Shown one piece after another: positions 42,273-51,186 of a DNA stretch of 64,000 nucleotides. This DNA is from Escherichia phage A4. Numbering within the stretch: position 1 is the first letter of the stretch; each line of letters begins with the position of its first letter. Below the pieces are notes generated by a model. That model searched no databases and had not been told where the DNA came from. It worked only from the letters and a program-made list of their open reading frames with translations. Position numbers and translations under genes: made by a program. The stretch lies in sequence record ON286972; one strand, 5' to 3'.

Positions 42273-42533
42273 ATGCAAAACCCTGAATTGAAAATGTTTA
42301 CACAAATCCGTCTTGCTCGTGTTGAACATGACACTAACTATGTACTGAACGATGGTCCTCCACAACGCGTTGAAGTTGGTTATATTGACGTTGATAATTC
42401 ACAATCTCTTCTGATTACCATTGGTTCTAACTCTTACAGTGTTGCTACACTGGAGAGTGTATTGTCCCTGGCACAATCCGCAAGGATTGCCCGTAACGCT
42501 CTTATGAACTGTGATGAACCTGATAATGAATGA
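42273..42533 (+). CDS. hypothetical protein
   Basis: ATG ORF with TGGAGA SD. Confidence 0.55.
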   Translation: MQNPELKMFTQIRLARVEHDTNYVLNDGPPQRVEVGYIDVDNSQSLLITIGSNSYSVATLESVLSLAQSARIARNALMNCDEPDNE

Positions 42534-42537
42534 TTAT

Positions 42538-42864
42538 ATGTATGAATTAAACCTGGTATCGTTTATCGTATCAGGACTAGGATGGATGTACTATATGCTT
42601 GGGTATATTTTATTATTCTTCCGATACAATACATTCTACAAACGCTATTGGGATGATGCACCAATTCACTTCTTCGCATTTGTATTCTTAACTATGGCAG
42701 TGGGTGAAGTACTGCTAACTGGTATCCAAAGTACTGGTGGAATGATGTGCACACTAACAACATTCTTTGTTGTTTTTGGGACTGTAGTTTGGTTTTTCGC
42801 GTGGGGACTCTTCTCTTTGATTATGAAACTTGAGAAACTCCGAGACAAATTACCAGAGCGTTGA
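42538..42864 (+). CDS. multi-pass membrane protein
   Basis: track ORF 42511..42864; several in-frame starts (GTG 42511, ATG 42514/42526/42538); start uncertain. Confidence 0.4.
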   Translation: MYELNLVSFIVSGLGWMYYMLGYILLFFRYNTFYKRYWDDAPIHFFAFVFLTMAVGEVLLTGIQSTGGMMCTLTTFFVVFGTVVWFFAWGLFSLIMKLEKLRDKLPER

Positions 42865-42874
42865 TGAAAAGTAT

Positions 42875-42902
42875 TTGACAAACTCAACTAGTACTGTATA
42901 AT
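42875..42902 (+). promoter_or_regulatory. sigma70-type promoter (TTGACA-N16-TATAAT with CTAGTACTG before -10)
   Basis: same family as 13025 and 31285. Confidence 0.55.
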
Positions 42903-42949
42903 GTTTATCAAGGGGATGAACTTCTCATCCCTACAATCGAGGAACTACC

Positions 42950-43501
42950 ATGATTACTTTTAAGAAAACTGCCAACCACATCCATGAAATTTACATTAAC
43001 GGTCACAAAGCTGGCCTTCTTCGTTTACTCGCCCATCATCCTGATGTTACCGTATCTGATAATGAACCTAAAGATTGGCGTGTATTTTTCTTTGGAAAGT
43101 ACAGTGATTTTCAAGTATCAAACCTGAAGAACATTCGTTCAGTATGCACGTTAACTGAAATTAAAGAAAAGTTAACCAAAGCATTGAAAACTAATCCAGA
43201 TGGTGTTCTTCCACCTGATAACTTTGTAGAGAAAGGATATGCCTTAGCTCATTTCAAAGATGGTACTATTCAATCTATCAGTACTGAATATGAATACCAA
43301 TGGACTGAGTACTTCACTTATGGCTCCCGTAATACTTTGATGGCTTCACGTAGTAAATTGGAAGAAGTACTGACTCGTATGAATGAACGCGAGCGTCAGT
43401 ACTATGAACCAGAAATGTGGAGTTCAACTTACATTGACCGTATTGACTATGTTATGATGACTCCAATCTTTGACACTGCTTACTATGATTCTTTGAAATA
43501 A
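42950..43501 (+). CDS. hypothetical protein
   Basis: ATG ORF with GAGGAA SD. Confidence 0.6.
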   Translation: MITFKKTANHIHEIYINGHKAGLLRLLAHHPDVTVSDNEPKDWRVFFFGKYSDFQVSNLKNIRSVCTLTEIKEKLTKALKTNPDGVLPPDNFVEKGYALAHFKDGTIQSISTEYEYQWTEYFTYGSRNTLMASRSKLEEVLTRMNERERQYYEPEMWSSTYIDRIDYVMMTPIFDTAYYDSLK

Positions 43502-43512
43502 GGATAACTTAT

Positions 43513-43689
43513 ATGAAACTACGTACTCGCAATCGACTGATGGATGCCCTATATCATGAACAGTGTTCATTAAATGAAGTAAAGCGTCAGTTAATGTACA
43601 CATATCAGTTACCCGCTCGTGTTGCAAAACAACGTGCTAACGAATTGCTGAAAGAAGCAATCGAGTACTGGGAATCTGATTCGTACTAA
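43513..43689 (+). CDS. small basic protein (about 58 aa)
   Basis: short ORF with AAGGA SD; not in track; coordinates approximate. Confidence 0.4.
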   Translation: MKLRTRNRLMDALYHEQCSLNEVKRQLMYTYQLPARVAKQRANELLKEAIEYWESDSY

Positions 43690-43728
43690 TATTACGTGAT
43701 ATGTCACGTTAATTAAGTGAGGCGATAA

Positions 43729-43980
43729 ATGAAAATATTATTAGTTCTAATACTACTAATTGTTTTACCATTTACTTTAGTATCCCCTGAACTTGCATGG
43801 AATGTGTTTGTGTACTTAGTATGTACTATTGTAGTAAATGGTATCTTGTTCTTAGTTCTATTCATAAATGGAATAGGACACGGTGGAGGATGGACCAGTA
43901 CTGCTGATATTGTACATAAAACCACTATGTCTTTATTTGTAGTGTGGAATTTATTCTGGACTTGGTTTGTGTTCTTCTAA
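43729..43980 (+). CDS. small membrane protein
   Basis: ATG ORF with GAGG SD; hydrophobic helices. Confidence 0.5.
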   Translation: MKILLVLILLIVLPFTLVSPELAWNVFVYLVCTIVVNGILFLVLFINGIGHGGGWTSTADIVHKTTMSLFVVWNLFWTWFVFF

Positions 43981-43989
43981 TTAAAAAAT

Positions 43990-44361
43990 ATGAATATAGA
44001 TTTGAAAGGTGCAACACGAACTGTCATACTCATTGGGGAATATGCTATCAAGATTCCAACCTTCAAAAGCTGGAAGTTATTCCTAACTGGAATGATAGCT
44101 AACCTCAATGAACGCTCATGGATGCAGTACTCCAAGCGTAGTGACAGTGGGATATGTCCTACTCTGTGGTCATCGCGAACTGGCTTAATAACAGTACAGA
44201 AACGTTGTAAGCCAGTACAACATAGGGGTTTGTTTTGGGTGGAGTTGAGTGCATTAGCATTGAATTCAGAGTTGAGTACTGACTTCTTCTATTCAGATGC
44301 GAAGCCAGAAAACTTTGGATATTTGAATGGTAAGTTAGTTAAGCTTGATTATGGAGATTAA
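43990..44361 (+). CDS. protein-kinase-like mini protein (catalytic-loop DAKPEN and DYG motifs)
   Basis: AIKIP (beta3 Lys-like), YSDAKPENFG (HRDLKPEN-like), KLVKLDYGD (DFG-like) with kinase-like spacing; ORF ends right after the DYG motif. Confidence 0.45.
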   Translation: MNIDLKGATRTVILIGEYAIKIPTFKSWKLFLTGMIANLNERSWMQYSKRSDSGICPTLWSSRTGLITVQKRCKPVQHRGLFWVELSALALNSELSTDFFYSDAKPENFGYLNGKLVKLDYGD

Positions 44362-44388
44362 TATGTACGCATTGTATAATAAAGAAAA

Positions 44389-44422
44389 GGATTGACTTCA
44401 GTCAGCCCTTTTTTCTATAATC
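44389..44422 (+). terminator. terminator-promoter stem-loop cassette
   Basis: GGATTGAC-TTCA-GTCAGCCC TTTTTT CTATAATCATTTCATC. Confidence 0.6.
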
Positions 44423-44449
44423 ATTTCATCGAAACGAGAGGATGAATAC

Positions 44450-44887
44450 ATGACACGCATTAACTTAGTACATGTTAAAGAACTTGCTGACCAACATCTG
44501 ATGGCTGAATATCGTGAACTTCCACGTGTGTTTGGTGCTGTACAAAAACATGTTCAAGCACGTAAGCGTGTACGTGATTTCAAAATTAACAGTACTTATC
44601 TGTTAGGTTCAGGTCATGTAACATTCTTCTACGACAAGTTACTATACTTACAGAAGCGTCATATTGATATTGTTAACGAATGTTTGCGTCGTGGTATGAA
44701 GATTCAAAACACTGAAGTAAACGACATTAGCGGCTTCCCTGCTGAGTTTTGTAATGACTACGTACCATCGGAGTCCGAGATTAAAACATCACGCGAGCGT
44801 TTGATTGAGAAGCTTCAGATGAAGCCTAAGTGGTATAAGTTTACTGATGTTGAGCTACCTATATATTATGTTGATATGATACAATGA
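44450..44887 (+). CDS. denV: pyrimidine-dimer DNA glycosylase (T4 endonuclease V homologue)
   Basis: N-terminus [31 protein letters not shown] closely matches T4 endonuclease V as I recall it; SD GAGAGG. Confidence 0.9.
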   Translation: MTRINLVHVKELADQHLMAEYRELPRVFGAVQKHVQARKRVRDFKINSTYLLGSGHVTFFYDKLLYLQKRHIDIVNECLRRGMKIQNTEVNDISGFPAEFCNDYVPSESEIKTSRERLIEKLQMKPKWYKFTDVELPIYYVDMIQ

Positions 44888-45111
44888 ATGATGAAGAATT
44901 CAAAAAATATGCGATTGCGAAGCTTGATTCATACAAGTCACGCGAAACGTATAAATTTAATCCTGATAAAACAAAAGCATCTATAAGATGGATGATTAAT
45001 TCACCCAAATATACATTTGACGAAAAATATTCATGGATAGTGCAATGTAGTGATTATGAGGATTTGGTATATAATATTAAACTGTGTTGGTATGAATACA
45101 ACAATAAATGA
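44884..45111 (+). CDS. hypothetical protein
   Basis: ATGA overlap with denV stop. Confidence 0.5.
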   Translation: MNDEEFKKYAIAKLDSYKSRETYKFNPDKTKASIRWMINSPKYTFDEKYSWIVQCSDYEDLVYNIKLCWYEYNNK

Positions 45112-45116
45112 TATAA

Positions 45117-45150
45117 GGGGTTGACTTCGGTCAGCCCTTTTTGCTATAAT
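45117..45150 (+). terminator. terminator-promoter stem-loop cassette
   Basis: GGGGTTGAC-TTCG-GTCAGCCC TTTTTG CTATAATCATTTCATC. Confidence 0.65.
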
Positions 45151-45176
45151 CATTTCATCAAATTAAGAGGTGATAC

Positions 45177-45416
45177 ATGAAACTATCTTTTATACGTTTA
45201 GCAGAATTCTTCGGTACTGATATAATTACTTTACAACAAATTGCAGACAATACTTCATTAAGTACACAAGAAGTACTTGACTTAGATGTGATAGAGTGTG
45301 ATAATACTTCTATCGATTATAAAGAAGGTCTTGTCGAAAAAGATAAGATTCAGGCTAAGATTAATGGTGCTGGACGGGTTCAGTACTGGAAAGGAGTTTT
45401 AAGTCATGCCAGCTAA
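45177..45416 (+). CDS. hypothetical protein
   Basis: ATG ORF with AGAGG SD. Confidence 0.55.
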   Translation: MKLSFIRLAEFFGTDIITLQQIADNTSLSTQEVLDLDVIECDNTSIDYKEGLVEKDKIQAKINGAGRVQYWKGVLSHAS

Positions 45417-47103
45417 ATTAACCCCTAAACAAGCAAAAGAAAAATTCAACAAAAAAGTATTAGAACATAACGTTCCAATTGAAGCTGATTATAGTAAGTA
45501 TGAAAATGCCAAATTAAAAAACATCCAAGTAGTTTGCAATGATGTATTAAAACACAAATCAGGCATATCACAAATATATCTTATGGATCACGCAAACCTC
45601 ACACACCCATCCAAAAAATTTGGTTGTCCTGAATGTGAAGACTGGTATAATGGTCATGCTAAAAGTTTAGATATTTTAATTGTTAGGGAAAGAATTAATT
45701 CTTGGATTAGTACTTATGGCGGGATTATTGATACGGTTAGTGGTGAAGTTGAAGTTTATAAAAATAATTCATCCAAAATACCATATATTTGTAAAAATGG
45801 AACTAAAAAAACGCTTACTATTTCTTCACTTGGCGATGAAATCGGTTGTAATTGTTCTAAATGTAAAGCTGAATTAATATCAGAAATCGAAGATAACAAT
45901 GAATATACATCCATGACTACTGTTGATGATTGTGTTACAATTTCCCATTTTAAATTTGGGGATGATGTTGCATTCTCGTGGATTTCACCATTGGAAATGA
46001 AAAAACATGGTTACTGTCTTGCCGAAAAAATGAAAGAAAAAGCATTGTCGGTTGGTAAAAATATTATTGGATATGCAATATCATCTCTTAGTGAATGGAA
46101 AAATGAAAAAACTCCTGTAATAACCGAACACGAAGGAGTATTATATCGTATTTCCAAAGCATCATATTTGATCAATAATAATATAGTACATAGACCACAT
46201 TATACAAAAAATAATTTTTTATATTATTTTTACAAATGTTCACCTAACAATCAACTTATTACACCAATCCTAATACCTGATGATATTGGTACAAAAAAGA
46301 AAATTAAAGTATGTTATAAATCATGTGGGTGTGAATATGATATATCTGTGGACGTTATAATGAACAGAAATTTAAAAACTTGTGGAAACTGTAAAAATAT
46401 AGATACTAATAAATTTATAGAACAGTGCTTGGAGTTCACTTCAAGTGGAGATTATATCTATGATAGAGTAAACTATATAAATCAAAGTACACCTGTAACT
46501 ATAGTTCATAAAATTTACGGCGAATTCAAAAGTACACCACAAAATCACTTAATACATTTAAAAAACGGTTTGAAATATGATACAGCTAACTTTAAAATAA
46601 AAAATTTAACTCAATTTAAAATTAAAGCAAATGAAGTTCATAATAACTTATATAATTATGATAAAGTTGATTATGTAAATTCTTCAACGAAAGTATTAAT
46701 AACTCATCCAGTATATGGAGACTTTTGGCAAACTCCAGCAAGTCACCTTGGTGGGTGTGGTCATCCACTTGCGGCTGGTCATTCTCAGCAATATGCATAT
46801 ATTCATAATATTTTGGATGGTGTTTTATCTGTAGCATTGAAATATGGGATTGAAAAGCAGAAAGGTAAGAGGGTGATGCAGCAAAATAAAAAATCCATGT
46901 TTCAAGTTCAATCTCTGTATACTTATTTTTTTCCATCTGTATACGAATGTAAGCAAGCTGAAAAAGAATGTAAGAAACTATTTGGTAAAGGTGTTTTAAC
47001 TAAACAAGAAATGCCAGACGGGTATACTGAAACAACTACACCAAACAACATAGATAAAATTATTGCCATCTATGAAAAATGGGGTGGGGTGAAACAAAAC
47101 TAA
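45406..47103 (+). CDS. Cys-rich protein with tandem internal repeats (candidate zinc-binding/DNA-binding protein)
   Basis: 565-aa ORF; multiple C-x2-C pairs (CPECEDW, CNCSKCKAE, CGCEYD, CGNCKN); repeated Y-D-x-V-x-Y-x-N-x-S-T-x-V-x-I-x-H-x-x-Y-G-x-F module. Confidence 0.6.
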   Translation: MPAKLTPKQAKEKFNKKVLEHNVPIEADYSKYENAKLKNIQVVCNDVLKHKSGISQIYLMDHANLTHPSKKFGCPECEDWYNGHAKSLDILIVRERINSWISTYGGIIDTVSGEVEVYKNNSSKIPYICKNGTKKTLTISSLGDEIGCNCSKCKAELISEIEDNNEYTSMTTVDDCVTISHFKFGDDVAFSWISPLEMKKHGYCLAEKMKEKALSVGKNIIGYAISSLSEWKNEKTPVITEHEGVLYRISKASYLINNNIVHRPHYTKNNFLYYFYKCSPNNQLITPILIPDDIGTKKKIKVCYKSCGCEYDISVDVIMNRNLKTCGNCKNIDTNKFIEQCLEFTSSGDYIYDRVNYINQSTPVTIVHKIYGEFKSTPQNHLIHLKNGLKYDTANFKIKNLTQFKIKANEVHNNLYNYDKVDYVNSSTKVLITHPVYGDFWQTPASHLGGCGHPLAAGHSQQYAYIHNILDGVLSVALKYGIEKQKGKRVMQQNKKSMFQVQSLYTYFFPSVYECKQAEKECKKLFGKGVLTKQEMPDGYTETTTPNNIDKIIAIYEKWGGVKQN

Positions 47104-47109
47104 ACAAAA

Positions 47110-47143
47110 GGGTTGACTTCGGTCAGCCCTTTTTGCTATAATT
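47110..47143 (+). terminator. terminator-promoter stem-loop cassette
   Basis: GGGTTGAC-TTCG-GTCAGCCC TTTTTG CTATAATTATTTCATC. Confidence 0.65.
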
Positions 47144-47170
47144 ATTTCATCAACTGATGAGGACAACGAA

Positions 47171-47941
47171 ATGACCAGAGAAGCACGCAGCATTCAAATT
47201 CAGAAAAACTTCAACTCCATGATGGTTGCTCTTGAGTGTTTGCTCGATGATAGCAGTACTGTAAAAAGTATGGTTGTCAGCGGTGCTCCTGGTGTTGGTA
47301 AGACTTACACCCTCTCTAAACGCCTCCAGAAAGCACATGACGCGGCAGAATGGAACGTAGCTACCATCAGTGGTAAAATGACCACTCTGGCTCTGTACGA
47401 AGTTCTGTACAAGAATCGTCATAGCACCAACGTGTTAGTACTGGATGATATGGACAGCATCTTTGATTCAGAAGACGGTATGAACCTGCTCAAAGCAGTA
47501 CTGGATAGTGGCAAGCGTACTGTTTCTTATATGACTAGCTCGAAGTATCTGAGCAGCAACGGTATCCCTAACAGCTTTGATTTTAATGGTCGCATCGTAT
47601 TCATTACTAACAAAGATTTAGCACTGAATGCTAAAGCTAAAACTAAAATGTCTGCTCACTATGCTGCTCTTATGTCTCGCTCTGTATACGTTGACTTACA
47701 GATCCAGACCAAAAGCGATATCATGATTCACATTGAGAACGTGATGAACCAGACCAACATTCTGGAATCTAAGGGTATTAACAGTAATGGTAGTAAAGCA
47801 ATCCTGAACTGGATGTTGAAGCACGAAGATTCACTTCGTTCACCTTCACTGCGTATGCCACTGTTGATTTCGGCAGTATATAACAACAACCCATACGATT
47901 GGGAAGAGCAATGTGAAAACTTGTTCCTGGAGAAAAATTAA
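47171..47941 (+). CDS. P-loop NTPase (AAA-like ATPase)
   Basis: Walker A GAPGVGKT, Walker B-like VLVLDDMD; ATG with GAGGA SD. Confidence 0.7.
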   Translation: MTREARSIQIQKNFNSMMVALECLLDDSSTVKSMVVSGAPGVGKTYTLSKRLQKAHDAAEWNVATISGKMTTLALYEVLYKNRHSTNVLVLDDMDSIFDSEDGMNLLKAVLDSGKRTVSYMTSSKYLSSNGIPNSFDFNGRIVFITNKDLALNAKAKTKMSAHYAALMSRSVYVDLQIQTKSDIMIHIENVMNQTNILESKGINSNGSKAILNWMLKHEDSLRSPSLRMPLLISAVYNNNPYDWEEQCENLFLEKN

Positions 47942-47968
47942 TTGATAACACATAACATCGATAAGGTC

Positions 47969-48160
47969 ATGTTATTATATGCATGTATTAACATGATTGT
48001 CGTTTTAGTTAAAGTTTATGGATGGTTTCATACACTTGATATTGATACTGAAAAGGAGTATAATCCTCAAGAAGCATCTCTTGGATTAAAAATTATTGTT
48101 TTAATTAGCGTAGTATCCGTATACATGGTATTACTATCAACTATGATTAAGTTCACTTAA
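47969..48160 (+). CDS. small membrane protein
   Basis: track ORF 47942..48160 (TTG) trimmed to ATG after AAGG; two TM helices. Confidence 0.45.
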   Translation: MLLYACINMIVVLVKVYGWFHTLDIDTEKEYNPQEASLGLKIIVLISVVSVYMVLLSTMIKFT

Positions 48161-48170
48161 CGAGGAACAT

Positions 48171-48503
48171 ATGATTAATTTATTTTCAACTGAGGTTATG
48201 ATTAAAATTACATTAGTATACATATGTCTATTCGTATACTACCACGCTCTCATCGGAATCTTGTGGTTCTTTAAGAAAGGTCGTATTCTTGAGAAATTGT
48301 ACCCAGACTATATGATATTGTATACAATTGTCCAGGGTGTAGGAATAGTACTGGGAATTCTAGTGCACTTGATATATTTGTTTGAACCACACCTTCCGTG
48401 TATTACACAATACATTGTATTCGGAACTACTATTATGTGGCTTGTAATGATGGGTGTGTATGGTCTGTATTTGTACAGGAAACGTATAGTGGGAGATTTC
48501 TAA
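48171..48503 (+). CDS. small multi-pass membrane protein, tandem array member 1
   Basis: ATG with GAGGAA SD; 3-4 hydrophobic helices. Confidence 0.55.
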   Translation: MINLFSTEVMIKITLVYICLFVYYHALIGILWFFKKGRILEKLYPDYMILYTIVQGVGIVLGILVHLIYLFEPHLPCITQYIVFGTTIMWLVMMGVYGLYLYRKRIVGDF

Positions 48504-48856
48504 TGCAAGAGGTTATTAAATGGTTGACAACCAGTGATATTGCTAGTACACTGAACTATGTACTCATTATCTTATATCCGTTTTTGATGGTTCTAAACTT
48601 CATTGGATGGTATTTCAAACGTCCAATTTACTACAAGATTAATAATTCAGAGTACTATGAAAGTGTTGTAATTGCAACCTCAATCACGTATACTATGGGT
48701 GCGGTTCTTACAGTCATAGGATTAGGTCAAGGTGATAATCTTAACTTTATGCTATGTACCTTTGTTATGATATGTATTCCAACACTAATTGTAATTCTAT
48801 CGAATATTGTGTGGAAAAAAATGTTATTTGCACGCAACAAAATACCGGAGGCATAA
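48503..48856 (+). CDS. small multi-pass membrane protein, tandem array member 2
   Basis: track ORF 48398..48856 trimmed to ATG overlapping upstream stop (TAATG). Confidence 0.5.
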   Translation: MQEVIKWLTTSDIASTLNYVLIILYPFLMVLNFIGWYFKRPIYYKINNSEYYESVVIATSITYTMGAVLTVIGLGQGDNLNFMLCTFVMICIPTLIVILSNIVWKKMLFARNKIPEA

Positions 48857-49191
48857 TGGAGTACTTTATCAGTTTACTACCGTGGTACTTGAAAGTAAGT
48901 ACAATTTACTACATCATTTCCGCTGGGTTTTATTTCTTGATGTGGTTCTTTAAACGTCCAATCAGTGAATTCATCGATAATCATATGATGAGTTTTAAAC
49001 TTCACTGCTGGTTTTGGTCATCGTCAGTGATGCCATTCATCCATTACGGAATTATCAGTACTGGTAAACGTTCTAATGGTGAAATCATTTCCTTGGGTTT
49101 TTACTGGATATCGACTATTGTTTACATTGGTGTGCTTTTGTATCCATTTGTAGTTAAACTACGAAACTCTATCCCAGATCACAGGAAATAA
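48856..49191 (+). CDS. small multi-pass membrane protein, tandem array member 3
   Basis: track ORF 48754..49191 trimmed to ATG overlapping upstream stop; FKRPI motif shared with member 2. Confidence 0.5.
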   Translation: MEYFISLLPWYLKVSTIYYIISAGFYFLMWFFKRPISEFIDNHMMSFKLHCWFWSSSVMPFIHYGIISTGKRSNGEIISLGFYWISTIVYIGVLLYPFVVKLRNSIPDHRK

Positions 49192-49192
49192 T

Positions 49193-49513
49193 ATGAAGAT
49201 TCAATTTATTCTTTTCACAGTAAGTGCATTCTACTTTTGGGTTTGCTGGATTGGTTTTCTCTTTGCACTAAAACCATTTGACTTCTATGCAAAGCAGTGT
49301 AAAAATGCTGCTGTTGGTAATGTAGCTTTTACATTGCTTAGTACATTATGGGTAGTACTGATTATATTCAATCCACCTGATAATGATTTGGAAATGTCAT
49401 TGTGTACATTATTTGCAGGACTGTGTGTATTCGCAGCATTCTGTAGTTATATTGGAAAGTTATGTTCTTTGGTATCAAATTTCCATCGTAAACAAAAAGA
49501 TAAGAGGGTATAA
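49193..49513 (+). CDS. small multi-pass membrane protein, tandem array member 4
   Basis: ATG ORF, hydrophobic. Confidence 0.5.
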   Translation: MKIQFILFTVSAFYFWVCWIGFLFALKPFDFYAKQCKNAAVGNVAFTLLSTLWVVLIIFNPPDNDLEMSLCTLFAGLCVFAAFCSYIGKLCSLVSNFHRKQKDKRV

Positions 49514-49896
49514 TGTACACAACAATATATGTTATTCTTAATATCCTAAGTGCATGTCTAACAATAGGTGCATTAATATACATTGGAAAGTTCTTTTGTG
49601 TAAAGTTCGTCGAAGATGTGTATGAGGATATTGAATCCGACTACGAATCTAAGTGCTTCTTCCATGTTGGATATATCATTTGCTTAGTAACCACTATCTT
49701 CACATGGATTGTATACGTATTCGGGATTGGAATCACTTCAATTGGTGAACCAGTACTGTGCATTATTGGATTAGTGTTTTCTTCAATATTCGGGTTATTG
49801 TTCATGATTATTCTTATGTATAATTTAATCTGTACTGCTATTGTTCCTTTCTTTTATGAAATTCACAATAACATTAAACGTAAGAAACGAGGTTAA
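49513..49896 (+). CDS. small multi-pass membrane protein, tandem array member 5
   Basis: TAATG overlap, hydrophobic. Confidence 0.5.
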   Translation: MYTTIYVILNILSACLTIGALIYIGKFFCVKFVEDVYEDIESDYESKCFFHVGYIICLVTTIFTWIVYVFGIGITSIGEPVLCIIGLVFSSIFGLLFMIILMYNLICTAIVPFFYEIHNNIKRKKRG

Positions 49897-49898
49897 TT

Positions 49899-50252
49899 AT
49901 GTTTTCTCCTGCTGGACAAGTTATATTCATGGTATGTACACTGGTATTCTTTATGTTGTCTGTACTATTTGTGATGAAATTCTTTCACATGAAACCATTC
50001 AGTACTTGGTATGATAATATTGTGTACTATATTGGTAATGCTATAACACTCTTTTCAGTTGCATACTATTTCGGTTATTTTGCAATGCTATTTGGGTTAT
50101 TACTTGAAGCTCGTGCATTGCTTGTAGCTGGTATGGTGGCAGATTTAATGTGTCTAACACTAGCTTGTATTGGATTTACTGTATGTATGTCGTTAACCAT
50201 TTTTGACAAATTATGTAAACTACACAAACGTTTAGGTGAGAGGATGAAATAA
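49899..50252 (+). CDS. small multi-pass membrane protein, tandem array member 6
   Basis: ATG ORF, hydrophobic. Confidence 0.5.
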   Translation: MFSPAGQVIFMVCTLVFFMLSVLFVMKFFHMKPFSTWYDNIVYYIGNAITLFSVAYYFGYFAMLFGLLLEARALLVAGMVADLMCLTLACIGFTVCMSLTIFDKLCKLHKRLGERMK

Positions 50253-50635
50253 TGACTTACCGTGATTACTTTTGTATTTTTGAAATTGCAGTATTCGCTT
50301 TAGGTTCAGTCTGGTTACTTCTATACTACTTCTGTATTAATCCAGTATTCAATTGGGTTCGTCGTGCTGAACAAAGTAGTGCTGGACAAATAGCAGTTGT
50401 TATGGGTATGACATATTATATGTTCGCCGTGGCTTCTGTTGTTATTGAAGTAATATTTGGTGGCATGAATGGTGATGATGGGGCAACGTTCTATGGATTC
50501 GTAACATTCTTTAGTGTGCTGATTCCGTGTGGTGCTCTTATTATTACTGCGTTCTATTGGCTATATCGTGGTGTTAAGAAGCTGGAATCAATTCACGTAG
50601 ATATGCGTTCAAAACGAATGGGGATTGACAAATAA
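50252..50635 (+). CDS. small multi-pass membrane protein, tandem array member 7
   Basis: TAATG overlap, hydrophobic. Confidence 0.5.
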   Translation: MTYRDYFCIFEIAVFALGSVWLLLYYFCINPVFNWVRRAEQSSAGQIAVVMGMTYYMFAVASVVIEVIFGGMNGDDGATFYGFVTFFSVLIPCGALIITAFYWLYRGVKKLESIHVDMRSKRMGIDK

Positions 50636-51186
50636 TGAAACGAAGTTCTAATGTCATTCGCGAACGATTTCGTAAAGTAAAAACTATTAAGTACGGGACT
50701 ATTGCTCTTGTACTTAGTAGTACTTTTATTATGACAGGATGTGAACGCTCTGAAGATATTTCTGTATATCAGAATGTGGACCAATGTAAAAGAAGTGGTA
50801 GCAATCCGGTACAGTGTGAAGATGATTATAAAAAAGCACTAACTGAATCGGAAAAGGTAGCACCAAAATATAGTTCACAAAGTGATTGCTCTAGTGATTT
50901 TGGTAATCAGTGTCAACAGCATAGCTCTGGATTCTTTTGGATGCCAATTATGAGTGGATTCCATAGTAGTGGTAATGGGTTTGCTAGTCAACCACTATAC
51001 AACTCTAAAGGGAACTACTATGATGCTGGTGGTAACTCCTACGGTAGCAGTACTGCAAAAGGTACAACACGTACTGTATCAAGTTCCGCATTAGCTCCAA
51101 AACCTCCTACAACGACCACAATCACCCGCAATGGGTTTGGGTCTTCAGTAGCCAGAAGTGCCGCTCACACGAGTTCTGGTGGATAA
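50635..51186 (+). CDS. putative lipoprotein with Gly/Ser/Thr-rich C-terminus
   Basis: signal peptide ...ALVLSSTFIMTGC with lipobox-like MTGC; ATGA overlap. Confidence 0.55.
   Translation: MKRSSNVIRERFRKVKTIKYGTIALVLSSTFIMTGCERSEDISVYQNVDQCKRSGSNPVQCEDDYKKALTESEKVAPKYSSQSDCSSDFGNQCQQHSSGFFWMPIMSGFHSSGNGFASQPLYNSKGNYYDAGGNSYGSSTAKGTTRTVSSSALAPKPPTTTTITRNGFGSSVARSAAHTSSGG

Noticed and set aside
29379-47143. CRISPR array as an explanation for the repeated ~30-bp GGGTTGAC…GTCAGCCC elements
   Set aside because: Spacing is irregular (hundreds to thousands of bp) with genes in between, and the repeats carry promoter -35/-10 boxes and T-runs. They are terminator/promoter cassettes, not CRISPR repeats.
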